A stretch of DNA of 63,997 nucleotides, counting the filler, from Dimargaris cristalligena (lineage: Eukaryota), in assembly GCA_003614675.1 (NCBI GenBank). It is 12 parts of 12 records of this genome, joined end to end, with 100 filler letters (N's around TTAATTAATTAA, not from the genome) between each part and the next. Parts side by side here need not be neighbours in the genome. Positions count along the whole stretch, not along the records: positions 48,642 to 53,917 come from ML003657.1; positions 54,018 to 59,289 come from ML003658.1; positions 59,390 to 63,997 come from ML003750.1; 9 more parts are not named here. One strand, written 5' to 3'. The notes under the pieces are model-generated. The model did not search any database, had not been told where the DNA came from, and saw only the letters and a list, made by a program, of their open reading frames with translations. How positions within the stretch are numbered: the first letter of the stretch is position 1; every line of letters starts with the position of its first letter. This document shows, piece by piece, positions 48,977-60,682 of the stretch. A program made the translations under genes and the position numbers.

Positions 48977-51752
48977 CCCATCCCTAATAGGATAGTAAGT
49001 GTACACATATTATTGAAAAATATGTCCCAATGGATATATTATTGTCCTATTTTTAACCACTTATAATAGTTGATCTATTTATTCTATACTATTTAATAAT
49101 ACTGGATACCTAGAGGCCTCTACCATACATTAGAGGCTTCCATGCCTTCTATACAGTTTTATCAATATATCTTTAGTTTTTCTAACATATGGTATCATTT
49201 CCTTAATATCTACCTTATTATTTGCACTTTTCCCACTTGAATATCTGGCCACTGGTTGAGCACCCTCTCAGTCCTCATAACCTGATAGATGCCTACCCAT
49301 GGGACTCTTGATATAATATGAGTTGATAACCCATGACAGTAGCTACCAGCATCAAAACCAATTCATAGGATATTCAAACTAGTAATGGTCAGAGCCTGCA
49401 ACTTTTGGAAATTAAAGGCAAACCAAATTTTAAGACAGTGTTCTACTGAGTTTACTGAGGGGCGGATGCTGGCCGACACATTGGATTGGCCAAACTAATG
49501 TTATTTTGAATTCCATTCATGCTGTCGGATCAATGCTGTGGCCCATGGAGAAGCCTCTCATGTTATTAATCACCACCTTGACTCCCAAAATAGGCTTGAG
49601 AAAAAAATTTGCTCTTGAAATTGGGGAGAGGTGGATATGCCATTTATTTTTGGAAGTGGTGGGTAACTGTACAGCTGATGGCGTCCGGCCTATTACTGTT
49701 GGCTTTCAGGATTCGCGAGGATACAGTGGCATCCTTATCAGCGCAGCCTAAAGTTGAAGTGGACAGCTCCCTGGCGGCAGAAGACGGGAGGCTCACCGAG
49801 TTGGAGGAGACAGGAGCAGAGTTAGACCTTGTCATGATGGAGAATTGGAGCGGGGTAGGGGCCAAACGAAGGGAGAACGGAGGGTGTAAAATAAAGGCTA
49901 TAGTAATTTATTTTTAAAAAGATAATGGAATCGGCAAGTGTGAAAAAGTTGACGGAATCAAAGGAAATGGGCCACAATAGAATCAAAAGGGTGTAATGAA
50001 ATCAAACAAGTAGGCGATGACAACCTCCCAAGAAGGGGGGATTTCGCCGGTTACTTACGTAACCTTTAGATGGTCCTCTGAGGCCACTGGATTGTAAAGG
50101 GGGCGCAAAAAAGAACCAATAAGTGGAATAAAGTGTAATGAAAAAGAAAAGCCAAGAAATAAGTCGGATTTTTGATGCATGTTAAGAAAAGACGGGATTT
50201 TTAATGCAAACCGCATATGTAGAAATGATAAAAGGTATTTTTATTTTAGTAAATGGTCACAACGTAGGCGATAAACTCAATAAAAAAATGGCAGGAATGA
50301 TGTGGTCATTGTATACCATGGCATTTTCCACCCTTCACTGGTGTGAACTAGCTGCTTTTAGTCCGGAGGCGAGTGCCGACCGCCGGATGACACTACATAA
50401 CTATATCACAGAAGAGCTCATGCGAGCTATAGTGGTTGATCTGAAGGGGAAGATGGTTCAGACAGCTAAAGTCGCCGCACCGTTACATCATAGAGTACCC
50501 ACTATGGGCGATTTCTATATCAGGTAGCATAGGTAGTACTTCTAAAGAGAACAGAGGATATGCCAGTGTTACTCTGGTAATCGTCTGAACCCATTTTTTT
50601 CTGGACATGAAATGAAAATTACACTGTTACAATTATTGGGCCAAGTAAATAAAGTATACCCATAATGAACGACCGTATTAAGTGCAGCATGCTGCTAAAA
50701 ATAGTCGAGCAATGGCGCCTGCTATTCACTGGAGTCCGGTAAACCACCGAATTGCAAATAATATGGCACCTAAATTAGACCGATAAAACCTGTTTAGAGT
50801 ACCAATTTTTTTGTTTAGCCAAAATGCGCGAACAACTCACCCTTGCAGTTCAATGACCATTATTATATAAAAATGGCGTATATGTCGAAGTGCAGCAGGG
50901 GAGAGGGAAGCCCAAAGGGTTACACATGTCCCTCTTAAAGGGGACGCCGATGCTCTCATAGAAAGTGGTCTCGGGGCCATTTGGAATACTCGGGCTCTCC
51001 CGTCTCAGTGTGCGAAAGGCCAGTATGGGTAATGGATTGGGAGGGGGAGGGGTAAACGATACCGCCACTGCATTGTCTCTCTAGAAATTAAACGCCCCCA
51101 AAAAAATTATCGGATATCTCCTCTATTCACTTGCCACCTTCTCGTTCTATTTTCGAGGGGATTCGCGTACTCCCAAGTTAATTGGTCCATAAACCCCCTA
51201 ATTCTATCTCGCATTTTGATTTTAGGGCGTATATAGCCTAGAATAATTAATTTAATATAGAGAACCCAAATCTAAGGCGGTCCCTTTGAGGGTTGCGCCA
51301 AAAGTCCTTCTATAGGCCCAATCACCAACCATATCAAAACCGAATTCAAGGGCCCCATTATGAAACTGGGCTAAAGGATTAGCCGTTGCTGGGCCCCACC
51401 ATCCCTTCCCTTAAGTTCTAAAGTTGTACCACACTCATAGGCAGTGGCACTGGAAGCGACAGTTGAGTCGAAAAAAATATAAATACACCCATAAGCCCCA
51501 CTTATTCGGGCATTATCCAAGTCACCCTCTTCCTTTCTCCTACGATTCCTTTTCAACTTTCCACCTGGTTGTATCTACACACTCCTTGTATTTCTGGGCA
51601 GGCATATTAGCAGCCCTCTCTCTAACATCTATTATATTTGAGCATCCGCTTCGACTTCCAACTTCTGATTACGATTATTGTTATTTAATATACTTATACT
51701 GACCGCGTATTTTTCGCAACACCTTCTATTAAAAAAAATTGTGTTATTCACC

Positions 51753-53216
51753 ATGAAAGCCCAGATTACTATCTCTCTTCTGACATTGGCGACCGTGTCG
51801 GTTCAGGCCGTACCAGTGGTGCAGACCGCCGTTTATACGACAATGTCGGTTCCCCAGCACTACAACAGCCATGGTAATCCTAGCTACGACCCTACGTACA
51901 AACAGCAGAGTGGTCCCGACCATGATTATTACAGGAATGCCCTGGGGAACGCATACGATTCCTATTTTACGAGTGAAAACGACGGAGGATCAAGTGTGGG
52001 GGGTAGGAGTAACTGGGAGGCCACCACCAACACTAATGCGAAGGAATCCCTTCTGGGAAAGCCGTATAATCCCGTCACTGGAGCCAGCCTCCCGCCTAAT
52101 GATTTCAGCAATCTGGGCATGGGTAATATCGACGAGAATAGACGCACATCAATTCACAGCCTATCTCAACCACTCATGAATAATGAGCCATCTGGATCTT
52201 TTGACCGGAAATATCCTTTGCTTCCGAGCGACATGTACCAGAGTGCCCCTATTCTGTCCACCCAGATGCCCAGCGGGTCTACCTCCTATCCGAACCACCA
52301 AACAAACGACTATTCTAACCTGGTGTTTGGAACCCCCAGTATCGCGGCTCAGCCCAATGTCAAGTTAAACGAGTCCTGGCGTAAGAATCCTCTCGGTCTG
52401 GCCGTTTCAACCGGGTTTACTAAGGATAAGCGGGAGACTCCCCCAAACGATGATACGAACAAATTGGCTCGAAAGGGTTCATTCTGGCTAGAAACCCCGA
52501 CTCCCCTACGTGAGAAATCAGACCCTGGCGGTTTTCTGCCAAGTGACGTGAATGACGCGGCCCCATCTAATGCCGGTTTGAGCTAAGCTGTTCGCGAGGA
52601 AACATACTGGCATGAAACCCCTAGTCCTCAGGATCCGGCAATGAATAATTCTCCTTCGGAACATGTAAACTCTCTAGCCAATTTAAATCAATTCGACCAT
52701 ACCAATCTGGGTTTTAAGAGTATATTATCTGGGCAGAAGAACTTGAATTCCAAGACCGGGGTTATCCCAAAATTGACCACGGCAACTGCCCCTGAAGAGT
52801 CTAAACCCATTGACCCAATATTCGAGGTAGCCGCCCATTCCGGTTTTTATCAGCCTCAGCTTGCTTCAGAGCATAATCTGCTCAAAAAGGGACAGTCCAC
52901 CATTGCGTCTACCCAGGTCCCAACCAATAGACGTACGGATACTTTGCCAGCTGGAAAATTTGTCGAGGGTAATGGTGAGGATGATACCGAAGATAATACC
53001 ATTTTCTATGACACCGAACCCGGATTTAAAGGTGACCCGGATGTTCTCTCAGTCAAGCAGGTGTCTGCCGCCCCCACCGTTTAGAATACCCCGGCTCAAA
53101 TTAAAACCTGGTTTTCGCAACGTTTATTTACCAAGTATTACCCTACCAATGTGGCCGCTGCGTCGGCCCCTGTGCAAACTGAGGCTTCGCAGCTGTCAAA
53201 TCATTCCTCTGTTTAG
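51753..53216 (+). pseudogene. Secreted Ser/Pro/Asn-rich protein with two in-frame stops (TAA 52584-52586, TAG 53082-53084)
   Basis: Signal peptide MKAQITISLLTLATVSVQA. The ORFs 51753-52586 and 52641-53084 and a tail to 53216 share one frame, and a WxETPxP motif occurs on both sides of the first stop. It could instead be an intact 277-aa gene. Confidence 0.6.
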
Positions 53217-54082
53217 TTTAGTCACTTCAGCTGTGCCTAATAGGTTGTGCGGGTTTTCTAATCAGGTGATTCTTCGAAACTGCTGTAGTCGTTATATTTG
53301 ATTAATTTGGGAGTATGTATGTACGCTAGCACTGTCTAACTCACTTGTCCCTGTCAGTATTTGTATATTTTATTTTGCTTGGTTTTAGCCTAGTTCCTTA
53401 TTTGGCTGTATCTACTCTTAGATAGTCACTGATTCTCCTTCCACATATATATTTTCTTTATTGGTATTTTTTAAATTGGATTCAATTAGTCATAATGAAA
53501 AAAAAACCTATAATTATCCCATTAATCCATTCTAAGCTAAATTATAGCAAATTTATACATTATTATTATTGAGCTACATTACCCTCTGGGTATCATATAC
53601 TATTCATTCAATATTTGGTATTTAGAGTAATCCTATTAGTCAAAATAATGCTTAATAAATACCACTACAGAGAGCTTCATTATCTCCTAATAGTCCCTTC
53701 TTTACTTATCTGGTGTATTGCATGAGTTAACTATACATATGTGGTGCTGCAGAGTGCAGGTAACTGGAAGTATATTTAATTACCTGGTTCCTTTACTAAT
53801 TAGAACCCATTTATCAACATAAAGCACAGCTCCTTGAATCATACTCTATCAATTCATCCTGTAAAACCAATTATTCATCAAATAATATCATATATTTTAT
53901 CAGTCCTATTCAATTCGNNNNNNNNNNNNNNNNNNNNNNNNNNNNNNNNNNNNNNNNNNNNTTAATTAATTAANNNNNNNNNNNNNNNNNNNNNNNNNNN
54001 NNNNNNNNNNNNNNNNNGTACTCCCATTATTTCTTTATAGTTACACGGCCCTACTCGGCCTTTACGGTTACAAGATGAAGCA

Positions 54083-54173
54083 AATATTACTGGTTAAAAA
54101 TAAATCTCTTATAAATTATCACATACACTTATCATTTAAAACCTTATACAGCTGGGTTGGATTTCACCCATAT
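54083..54173. mobile_element. Partial inverted MITE copy
   Basis: AATATTACTGGTTAAAAATAAAT...TTATACAGCTGGGTTGGATTTCACCCATAT is reverse-complement homologous to the left part of 58797-58940. Confidence 0.6.
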
Positions 54174-55679
54174 GGACAATATTCATCAGAGTCAAAGTGT
54201 AATCGTTTTGAACTGGGTACTATAATACTCTGTGACCCGGGGAGCACTAATACACTGGTCGATAATATTCACTGGCAGGGTCTACCCGCGGATGAATAAA
54301 TCACCCACTTTCAACATGGTACCCATCAATATTGGATGTATTTATCCAGGTCTTGCAGCCACCTGTGGAAATCAGCTACCCTGAGGACATAGAGGCCACC
54401 TGACCCCCCAGCCAAATAATAACACCCGAAAAGACAGAGACCAGTTTCTGGCCCCATTGATCACACCAATTTACCAGAGGTTTAAAAAGAGGATTAAGGC
54501 CTCGCTAGAGCCAACTCGTGTCTTAATAAAATAACTAAGTTCATATCTAATATCTCATTATTCAAAAGATTAATCGCCCTACTCGGCACCATGGTAATTC
54601 CCTGTCCTACTCGACCTGCTCGTAAAAGTCTTCAAACAAACTTATAGATACTGCTAAGTCGCCCTACTGATACCCAAATACGCTTGTGGTATTTTAGGGA
54701 TCTATAGCACTTTCTCGTTTACCCTGATGTACGTTATCCACGGGGGAAAACACGGGTAGTACCCCCTCTTAATAGTCGAATTCCGTCTAAACCATGCACC
54801 ATCCGGCGGGCTGGTGATGGGCCCCTTGAGTCCTACCCCCTGTTACTTTTTGGGAATACCAAGGCAAACCCTACTTCGAAAGCCAATTCCAGCCTCCAGA
54901 CTCGCATCGGCAAAATATTTACGAGATAGACCTAGGTCCCCCTCCCCCTCTGAGCTAGATCGTCAGTATTTCCCAAGGTATTTTCACATACCACAGTGGT
55001 ATGGAGAATGATTGCCAGTTGCTCCGCGCTATTAGGATGTTTCTTTGCTCAAAAAGGCCGAAATCCAAACAACTCATTAATTCGATGCTACCCTTTGATA
55101 CGCCAGGACAGCTCAGTAACGTACTGTTCCCTTATTACAAAAAAAAAGGACAATATTCCCTACTGGTCAGTTAGATTAGGATTGGATCATCATTGCGTTT
55201 TACCAAAGCGGAAATATTGCCACTTGGCTTAGGAATATACTGTATACACGCACATAGTATAGAGGTTGGGGGTGTTGCGACTTCTTAATTGCCAGCAAAA
55301 CAACCCCACCTTCAATTATGAACAGGCACGTTCAAATTGTTGAACACAAAGCTGTCGCTACCTTTGCACCCACTGGAGAAGCCTCCAGTGCTGTATGAAC
55401 CTTGTCCTTTGATGCCAAGCTGACCAGGTATAGGTCCACCTGATATATATATATATAAGTACCGGGGGTTGCTCTCTGAAATCCCCTTTCGTCCTTCTTC
55501 ATGCTACTTTTTGGCCGACAGCTATGGTTAATTTGGAGTGCGCTTATTAACACTATTTTTTCGCGTAATTTATAATGATATAATTGTTATGCCGACCCCA
55601 TTCCTATTTCCCTAAATTATAATCGCTATATTCAATTATCTTTTGTTATTCTCATCTTAATTTCTAATCCCATTTAATT

Positions 55680-58268
55680 ATGGCTAAGGGGCTTCACTTT
55701 TGGTTACTCGGGACGTTGGTTGCCCAGTTCGCTTTTACGACCTGTTCTGCTGAAGACAGTGTACCACGATCCTACATTATCCAGTTTAATTCCGACAATG
55801 GTGGGGACTCGTCTGGCAGCTCTCAACTGGACCAGTTCGCCAAACAAATGCAGAGCCAATCGATTCCGTTTACCTTCGTGCGCAACTATACTACCTTATC
55901 CCAAGGTACTGAAATTCGTCTCGATGACAGCTATTCAACTATTACGCACAATCTACCTAGCGTACTCACGCTGGCCTCCAATAAACTTATGGCCCAATCG
56001 ACCAACGTCCAGACCTCGGCCACTGTAGGCAAAAAAGTCGCCGCCCGGGAGAATGTCTATTTGATCCGAAACAGCATCGCGCAGAAACGTGACCAGAAGA
56101 ACATATACGGACGAGGCGTCAAAATTGGCTTCGTGGACAGCGGGCTCGACTACCGACATCCCGCATTTGGCGGTTGTTTCAAGACTTGCAAATCGGCACG
56201 AGTGATCGCCGGTTACGACTTTGTTGGTGATGCATACACTGGCGCCAATGATCCCCTGCCGGATAGTGACCCTCTCGACACATGTAATGGCCACGGCACC
56301 CACGTCACGGGTATCGCCGCTGGCAACGACGGCGACTTTCAAGGGGTGGCCCCTAAGGCTCAGATTGGGGCTTACCGCGTGTTAGGCTGTACTGGCACTA
56401 CGCAGACCGGAATAGTGATTTCCGCCCTTCTGGCCGCCTATAACGACGGGATGAATATCATAAATGTGTCGGTCGGTTCGCCCTCCGGCTTCCCCGGCGC
56501 CCTACTCTCCGATCTTGCGACCCAAATGACTCGCAGGGGAGTGATGGTCGTATCCGCAGTGGGTAACGATGGCGCCAATTCCCTCTTTTTAACAAACGCA
56601 CCTGCTGTAGGGTTCGATGTGATAGCTGTTGGAAGTATGGACCAGGACCAGTTCTACTCGAAGGCCATCAAAATCAATAGTATGAACGACCGGCTTATCC
56701 CGCGCTCCTACTCCCAATTCCCTGACGTGTCTTTCAAATTTTCGAAAAAGACTCTCGCACTGGCCACCGACGCCCAGGGTTCATTGCTGGCGTGTAATCC
56801 CATCACGGCCAATTTAATGGATAAGGTGGCATTTGTCCAACGCGGGGGTTGTTATCTGGAAAACAAGGCCATCAATGCCAAAGCGGCCGGCGCCATTGCC
56901 ATGGTCATTTACGACACAGTTCAACAGGCTGTTTCCGCGCCCGCCTTCCAGAATCAGGGCTGTATCCCATCGGTTATGATCGAATTGCGGGACGGTCTTC
57001 TTCTGGAGTCCACCCTCCGGTCCAAAAAAATCGTGAAGATAACCAGCGATGAGGAGTTTTACAGCCAGACAAGCTCTGTGGGCGACAGCGTATCCCCGTT
57101 TTCCAGTTGGGGACCCGGTGCCGACTTATCCCTCAAACCTGACCTAGTTGCCCCTGGTCGCTATATTATGTCAACGCTACCAATTGGGATGGGTAGCTAC
57201 GGAGTGGCCAGCGGGACGTCCATGGCCAGTCCGTTTGTGGCCGGAGTGTTTGCTCTTCTCCGCGAATACTACCCTGGCCTAACGAACCAGCAGTATCGAA
57301 TGAGACTTCTGTCCAGAATGTACCTGCTGGACTCCTGGGACACCGACTCTCGATGCTCGCCAGCACAGCAGGGCTACGGGGCTCTGGACATGACCCACGT
57401 TTTTAATGCGCCCGATGTCGATGTGGCCTATAATCCCGCCCTTCTTGACATCCAGAGTGCCACCAATGGGGCTGGCTTCAATTTTGAAATCCAGTTTACC
57501 GTCTCATCGGACAATACTTATACCACCGAGTGGGGATGGCTGCCAAACGAGCAAATTACAATGTTCAACCCAGACGGATCGATAGCCTCTGTCCCACTGA
57601 AATCAGACCTTGCCTTTGATATTGATAACATCGAAGCCGTGCCGGACAAACTACGACCCCACTCGACTAACACTATGCGCATGACCATCACTTCCAATGG
57701 CTTGAATACGGGGTATTGGCTTTTTGGGGGATTCATTCTGTTTACCTTGAAGTCCAAAAAAGAATCCGTCGATCTCCAGGTTCCGTTTCTGGCAATGAAT
57801 GACAACTATTCAAATATGCCTCTACTCCCGCCCCCAAACACCCCCACCTACCCTCACCTCGTTGATTTAACCACCAACCAGCCTTTACTGCCCGGCTATC
57901 TGTCATACTACCGACTAAGCGAAAAAAACTACCCGGCGTTCCAATTTTCCCTGCAATTTAACGTTGATCTTATTTTAGTGTACGCCGTAGATCTTGGCAA
58001 ATCAGACCAAAGTCGCTACCAACTGACCAAAGGGGAAGAGTCCTACTTTGTCCGCAACTATACCCCTGAAATGCCCCCCTACTATTTTTCGTGGTCAGGA
58101 TCAGTTCTTCAAAGGCTCACCAATGGTACTGATGTAGCCACCCAGGCACCCACCGGCACTTATAGGTTTCAAGCGTATTTTCTAAAGCCCCTTAAGGACA
58201 AGACCTCTCGCAATGATGATGATTTTATTATTTGGACCTCACAACCCTTTATAATGATGAATGTTTAA
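55680..58268 (+). CDS. Secreted subtilisin-like S8A protease with PA domain (Vpr/pyrolysin-like), 862 aa, intronless
   Basis: Signal peptide and propeptide; catalytic D (GFVDSGLD), H (GHGTHVTG) and S (SGTSMASP); PA insert KVAFVQRGGC...KAINAKAAGA; FSSWGP...LKPDLVAPG. Confidence 0.95.
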   Translation: MAKGLHFWLLGTLVAQFAFTTCSAEDSVPRSYIIQFNSDNGGDSSGSSQLDQFAKQMQSQSIPFTFVRNYTTLSQGTEIRLDDSYSTITHNLPSVLTLASNKLMAQSTNVQTSATVGKKVAARENVYLIRNSIAQKRDQKNIYGRGVKIGFVDSGLDYRHPAFGGCFKTCKSARVIAGYDFVGDAYTGANDPLPDSDPLDTCNGHGTHVTGIAAGNDGDFQGVAPKAQIGAYRVLGCTGTTQTGIVISALLAAYNDGMNIINVSVGSPSGFPGALLSDLATQMTRRGVMVVSAVGNDGANSLFLTNAPAVGFDVIAVGSMDQDQFYSKAIKINSMNDRLIPRSYSQFPDVSFKFSKKTLALATDAQGSLLACNPITANLMDKVAFVQRGGCYLENKAINAKAAGAIAMVIYDTVQQAVSAPAFQNQGCIPSVMIELRDGLLLESTLRSKKIVKITSDEEFYSQTSSVGDSVSPFSSWGPGADLSLKPDLVAPGRYIMSTLPIGMGSYGVASGTSMASPFVAGVFALLREYYPGLTNQQYRMRLLSRMYLLDSWDTDSRCSPAQQGYGALDMTHVFNAPDVDVAYNPALLDIQSATNGAGFNFEIQFTVSSDNTYTTEWGWLPNEQITMFNPDGSIASVPLKSDLAFDIDNIEAVPDKLRPHSTNTMRMTITSNGLNTGYWLFGGFILFTLKSKKESVDLQVPFLAMNDNYSNMPLLPPPNTPTYPHLVDLTTNQPLLPGYLSYYRLSEKNYPAFQFSLQFNVDLILVYAVDLGKSDQSRYQLTKGEESYFVRNYTPEMPPYYFSWSGSVLQRLTNGTDVATQAPTGTYRFQAYFLKPLKDKTSRNDDDFIIWTSQPFIMMNV

Positions 58269-58796
58269 ATCCCTAATTTTTACTAATAGCCTCATCAAAT
58301 CTACAGCAAGAATTGCAAGAGATTTACTATATTCGTTCTTTTTGGGTATAATAGTCACTATAATTTCAAGGAATTAAATTAATTAAATAAACACGTTAGT
58401 CCTAGTAATATCTAATTTGTAATTGTCATTTGCTACTGGAACCGTCAAACTCATCACTGCCCAATATAAAATATAGCCCCGCGCCTTCAATCCTGGCTAA
58501 ACGTGACCATCCTTCCTACTTTCCCATTCATAAATTATTTTTAAGTTTATCCAGCTAGGCTGGATTTTACCCAAACGCAGGCGGTTATGTAACATACCTT
58601 GTCAATTGAACTTCCAAGTTATAGTTAGAAAATATTGAAACTGCTTTTAAGAGTTGTTAAAAACTAACTACTCACTCTGTATATCACACACCGACCTATT
58701 CTTATCAATCTACTTTTTTTTCCATTAAAGCAAAACGGATAATTTAAACCTAGTCGATTTGTGGCCATGCTCTTAAAACTGAAATGAGTCGCTTTA

Positions 58797-58940
58797 ATAT
58801 GGGTGAAATTCAGCCCAGCTATATAAGGGTTTGCATTATATGTGTATGGGAGAATATATGGGAAATTTATTTTTAACTAGTAATATTGGCCGAATCTAAT
58901 GGATTTTTCGTTATACAGCTTGGATGAACTTCTCCCATAT
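58797..58940. mobile_element. MITE-like element, full copy
   Basis: Left end ATATGGGTGAAATTCAGCCCAGCTATATAA versus reverse-complemented right end ATATGGGAGAAGTTCATCCAAGCTGTATAA (25/30 identical). Confidence 0.75.
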
Positions 58941-59396
58941 TTAGTGTAACAGCCAGTCAAACAAAAGGATTTATGCATGCCGGCTACCATCAAAGCCAAC
59001 AGTTACCGCCATCTTTGGTTCAAAGTGGCCATTTTCCTTCATAATTCCCGTACCAAAAACCCCATAAGCCTCACTTTTCATATTCGCCCAGATTGGTCAT
59101 AAAAAACATTTGCTGTTCAGTATGCGAAGTTTATGTTGGAAATATAGACTCGACGGTAAACGCAAGTGCCTTCGGATACAACTAAAATAATTTAAAGAGA
59201 GAAAGAACCGCAAGGGGCAAGGCTAGATGTCTGCGGTTGGTTTTATTGAGTTGGATATTAGCAGTAATAACGATTAGGACGAAGTCCCGNNNNNNNNNNN
59301 NNNNNNNNNNNNNNNNNNNNNNNNNNNNNNNNNTTAATTAATTAANNNNNNNNNNNNNNNNNNNNNNNNNNNNNNNNNNNNNNNNNNNNCATTATC

Positions 59397-59522
59397 ATTA
59401 GTATTAGTATTAGTATTAGTATTAGTATTAGTATTAGTATTAGTATTAGTATTAGTATTAGTATTAGTATTAGTATTAGTATTAGTATTAGTATTAGTAT
59501 TAGTATTAGTATTAGTATTAGT
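59397..59522. repeat. Perfect hexanucleotide microsatellite (ATTAGT)21
   Basis: Directly visible tandem array at the contig start. Confidence 0.95.
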
Positions 59523-60682
59523 ATTATTTCATGGATTGAGAACATCTATACTAATCCAAATACACATTGGTCTTGGAAGGTTGGAGAGACCAAAAAGTCG
59601 CACTTGGTTATCATGACGACTAACTTCTGAAAAACCTTAATTTACTCTATACATCCCACTTAATTTAGGAATTCTAAAATCAACTCCGTCGCGATTAATG
59701 TTTATCTTTACATTACGGAACGGACGAGCTCCAACCCCACTGACTGGGGGGGAGATGGCCGGGGCTCACTACTCGCGTCCGCTATTAACTCTTATACATT
59801 TAAACTATGGACGCTTCGAACTGTTCCTTGGCGGGGGGGACTTAGAGGCCTTATATACTCCGACTTTTCTTTTAATAATCATTATTGGCTATGTTTATAG
59901 TTGATTATTATTATTTTATATTCGTTCTTTAACTATTTATTTAACTCTTTTATCAGAGTGATTTATTGTTTTCTTGATGCCATGATATACTGGTGATGTA
60001 AGTGGCCCATATTTCCCATTGTTTCCCCGTCAGTCCAGTTTACTGATTCATTTTCTTACATTACTCTTTCTTGGTTAGTTGGGCTTATTTTTTTAACTTT
60101 GATGAGATGATGCAGAGTCTTTTTTAGTTTTCCCCCCTTTCTGTCTTTAATATATCTTACGGTAGTTTGTAATGCGGTTACTGGTGGTTTGCTTTATCCC
60201 AGATGCTAGATATATATGAAATCTATAAATAAATTTACTAAAAAGTGCGACTTACTTTACTCTCGATAGGATGTGGTCCATATAATCAGATACGGTTGGT
60301 GATATGTTCTCCCCCAGTTGACACCACCACAACTTAAACGTTATTTCCGATGAATCATCAAGTGGGCTGTCCACTACGGATTATTTATTGGACAAGAACC
60401 TAACTGACGCTGGTAAAGATTACGCATTAGTATACAGAAAACAATTGAAGATGTGCTATAAAGATAAATATGAGGTGTGCCGGTGAAGTATTGTGAGATA
60501 CTCCTCCCTATCGCAATTTTCTTTCTAAACTCCCCTCCAACGATAATAGGGAAAGTGAAGCAAGGGGGAAGGAAGTGAAGTGGGGAAAGGCTTGTGCATG
60601 GGAAATGGGTCAAAAGAGGTGAGTAATGAAGATAAACGTCCCTCATATCCTAGTGATTACAAAGTCCACTTGGGGGGAAGCT

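Noticed and set aside
5327..59389. Regularly spaced TTAATTAATTAA motif as a biological repeat or CRISPR-like array
   Set aside because: It is embedded in Ns, always 100 nt, and stops all six frames: a concatenation linker.
59342..59545. ILILIL ORF
   Set aside because: It is a translation of the ATTAGT microsatellite running into the linker.
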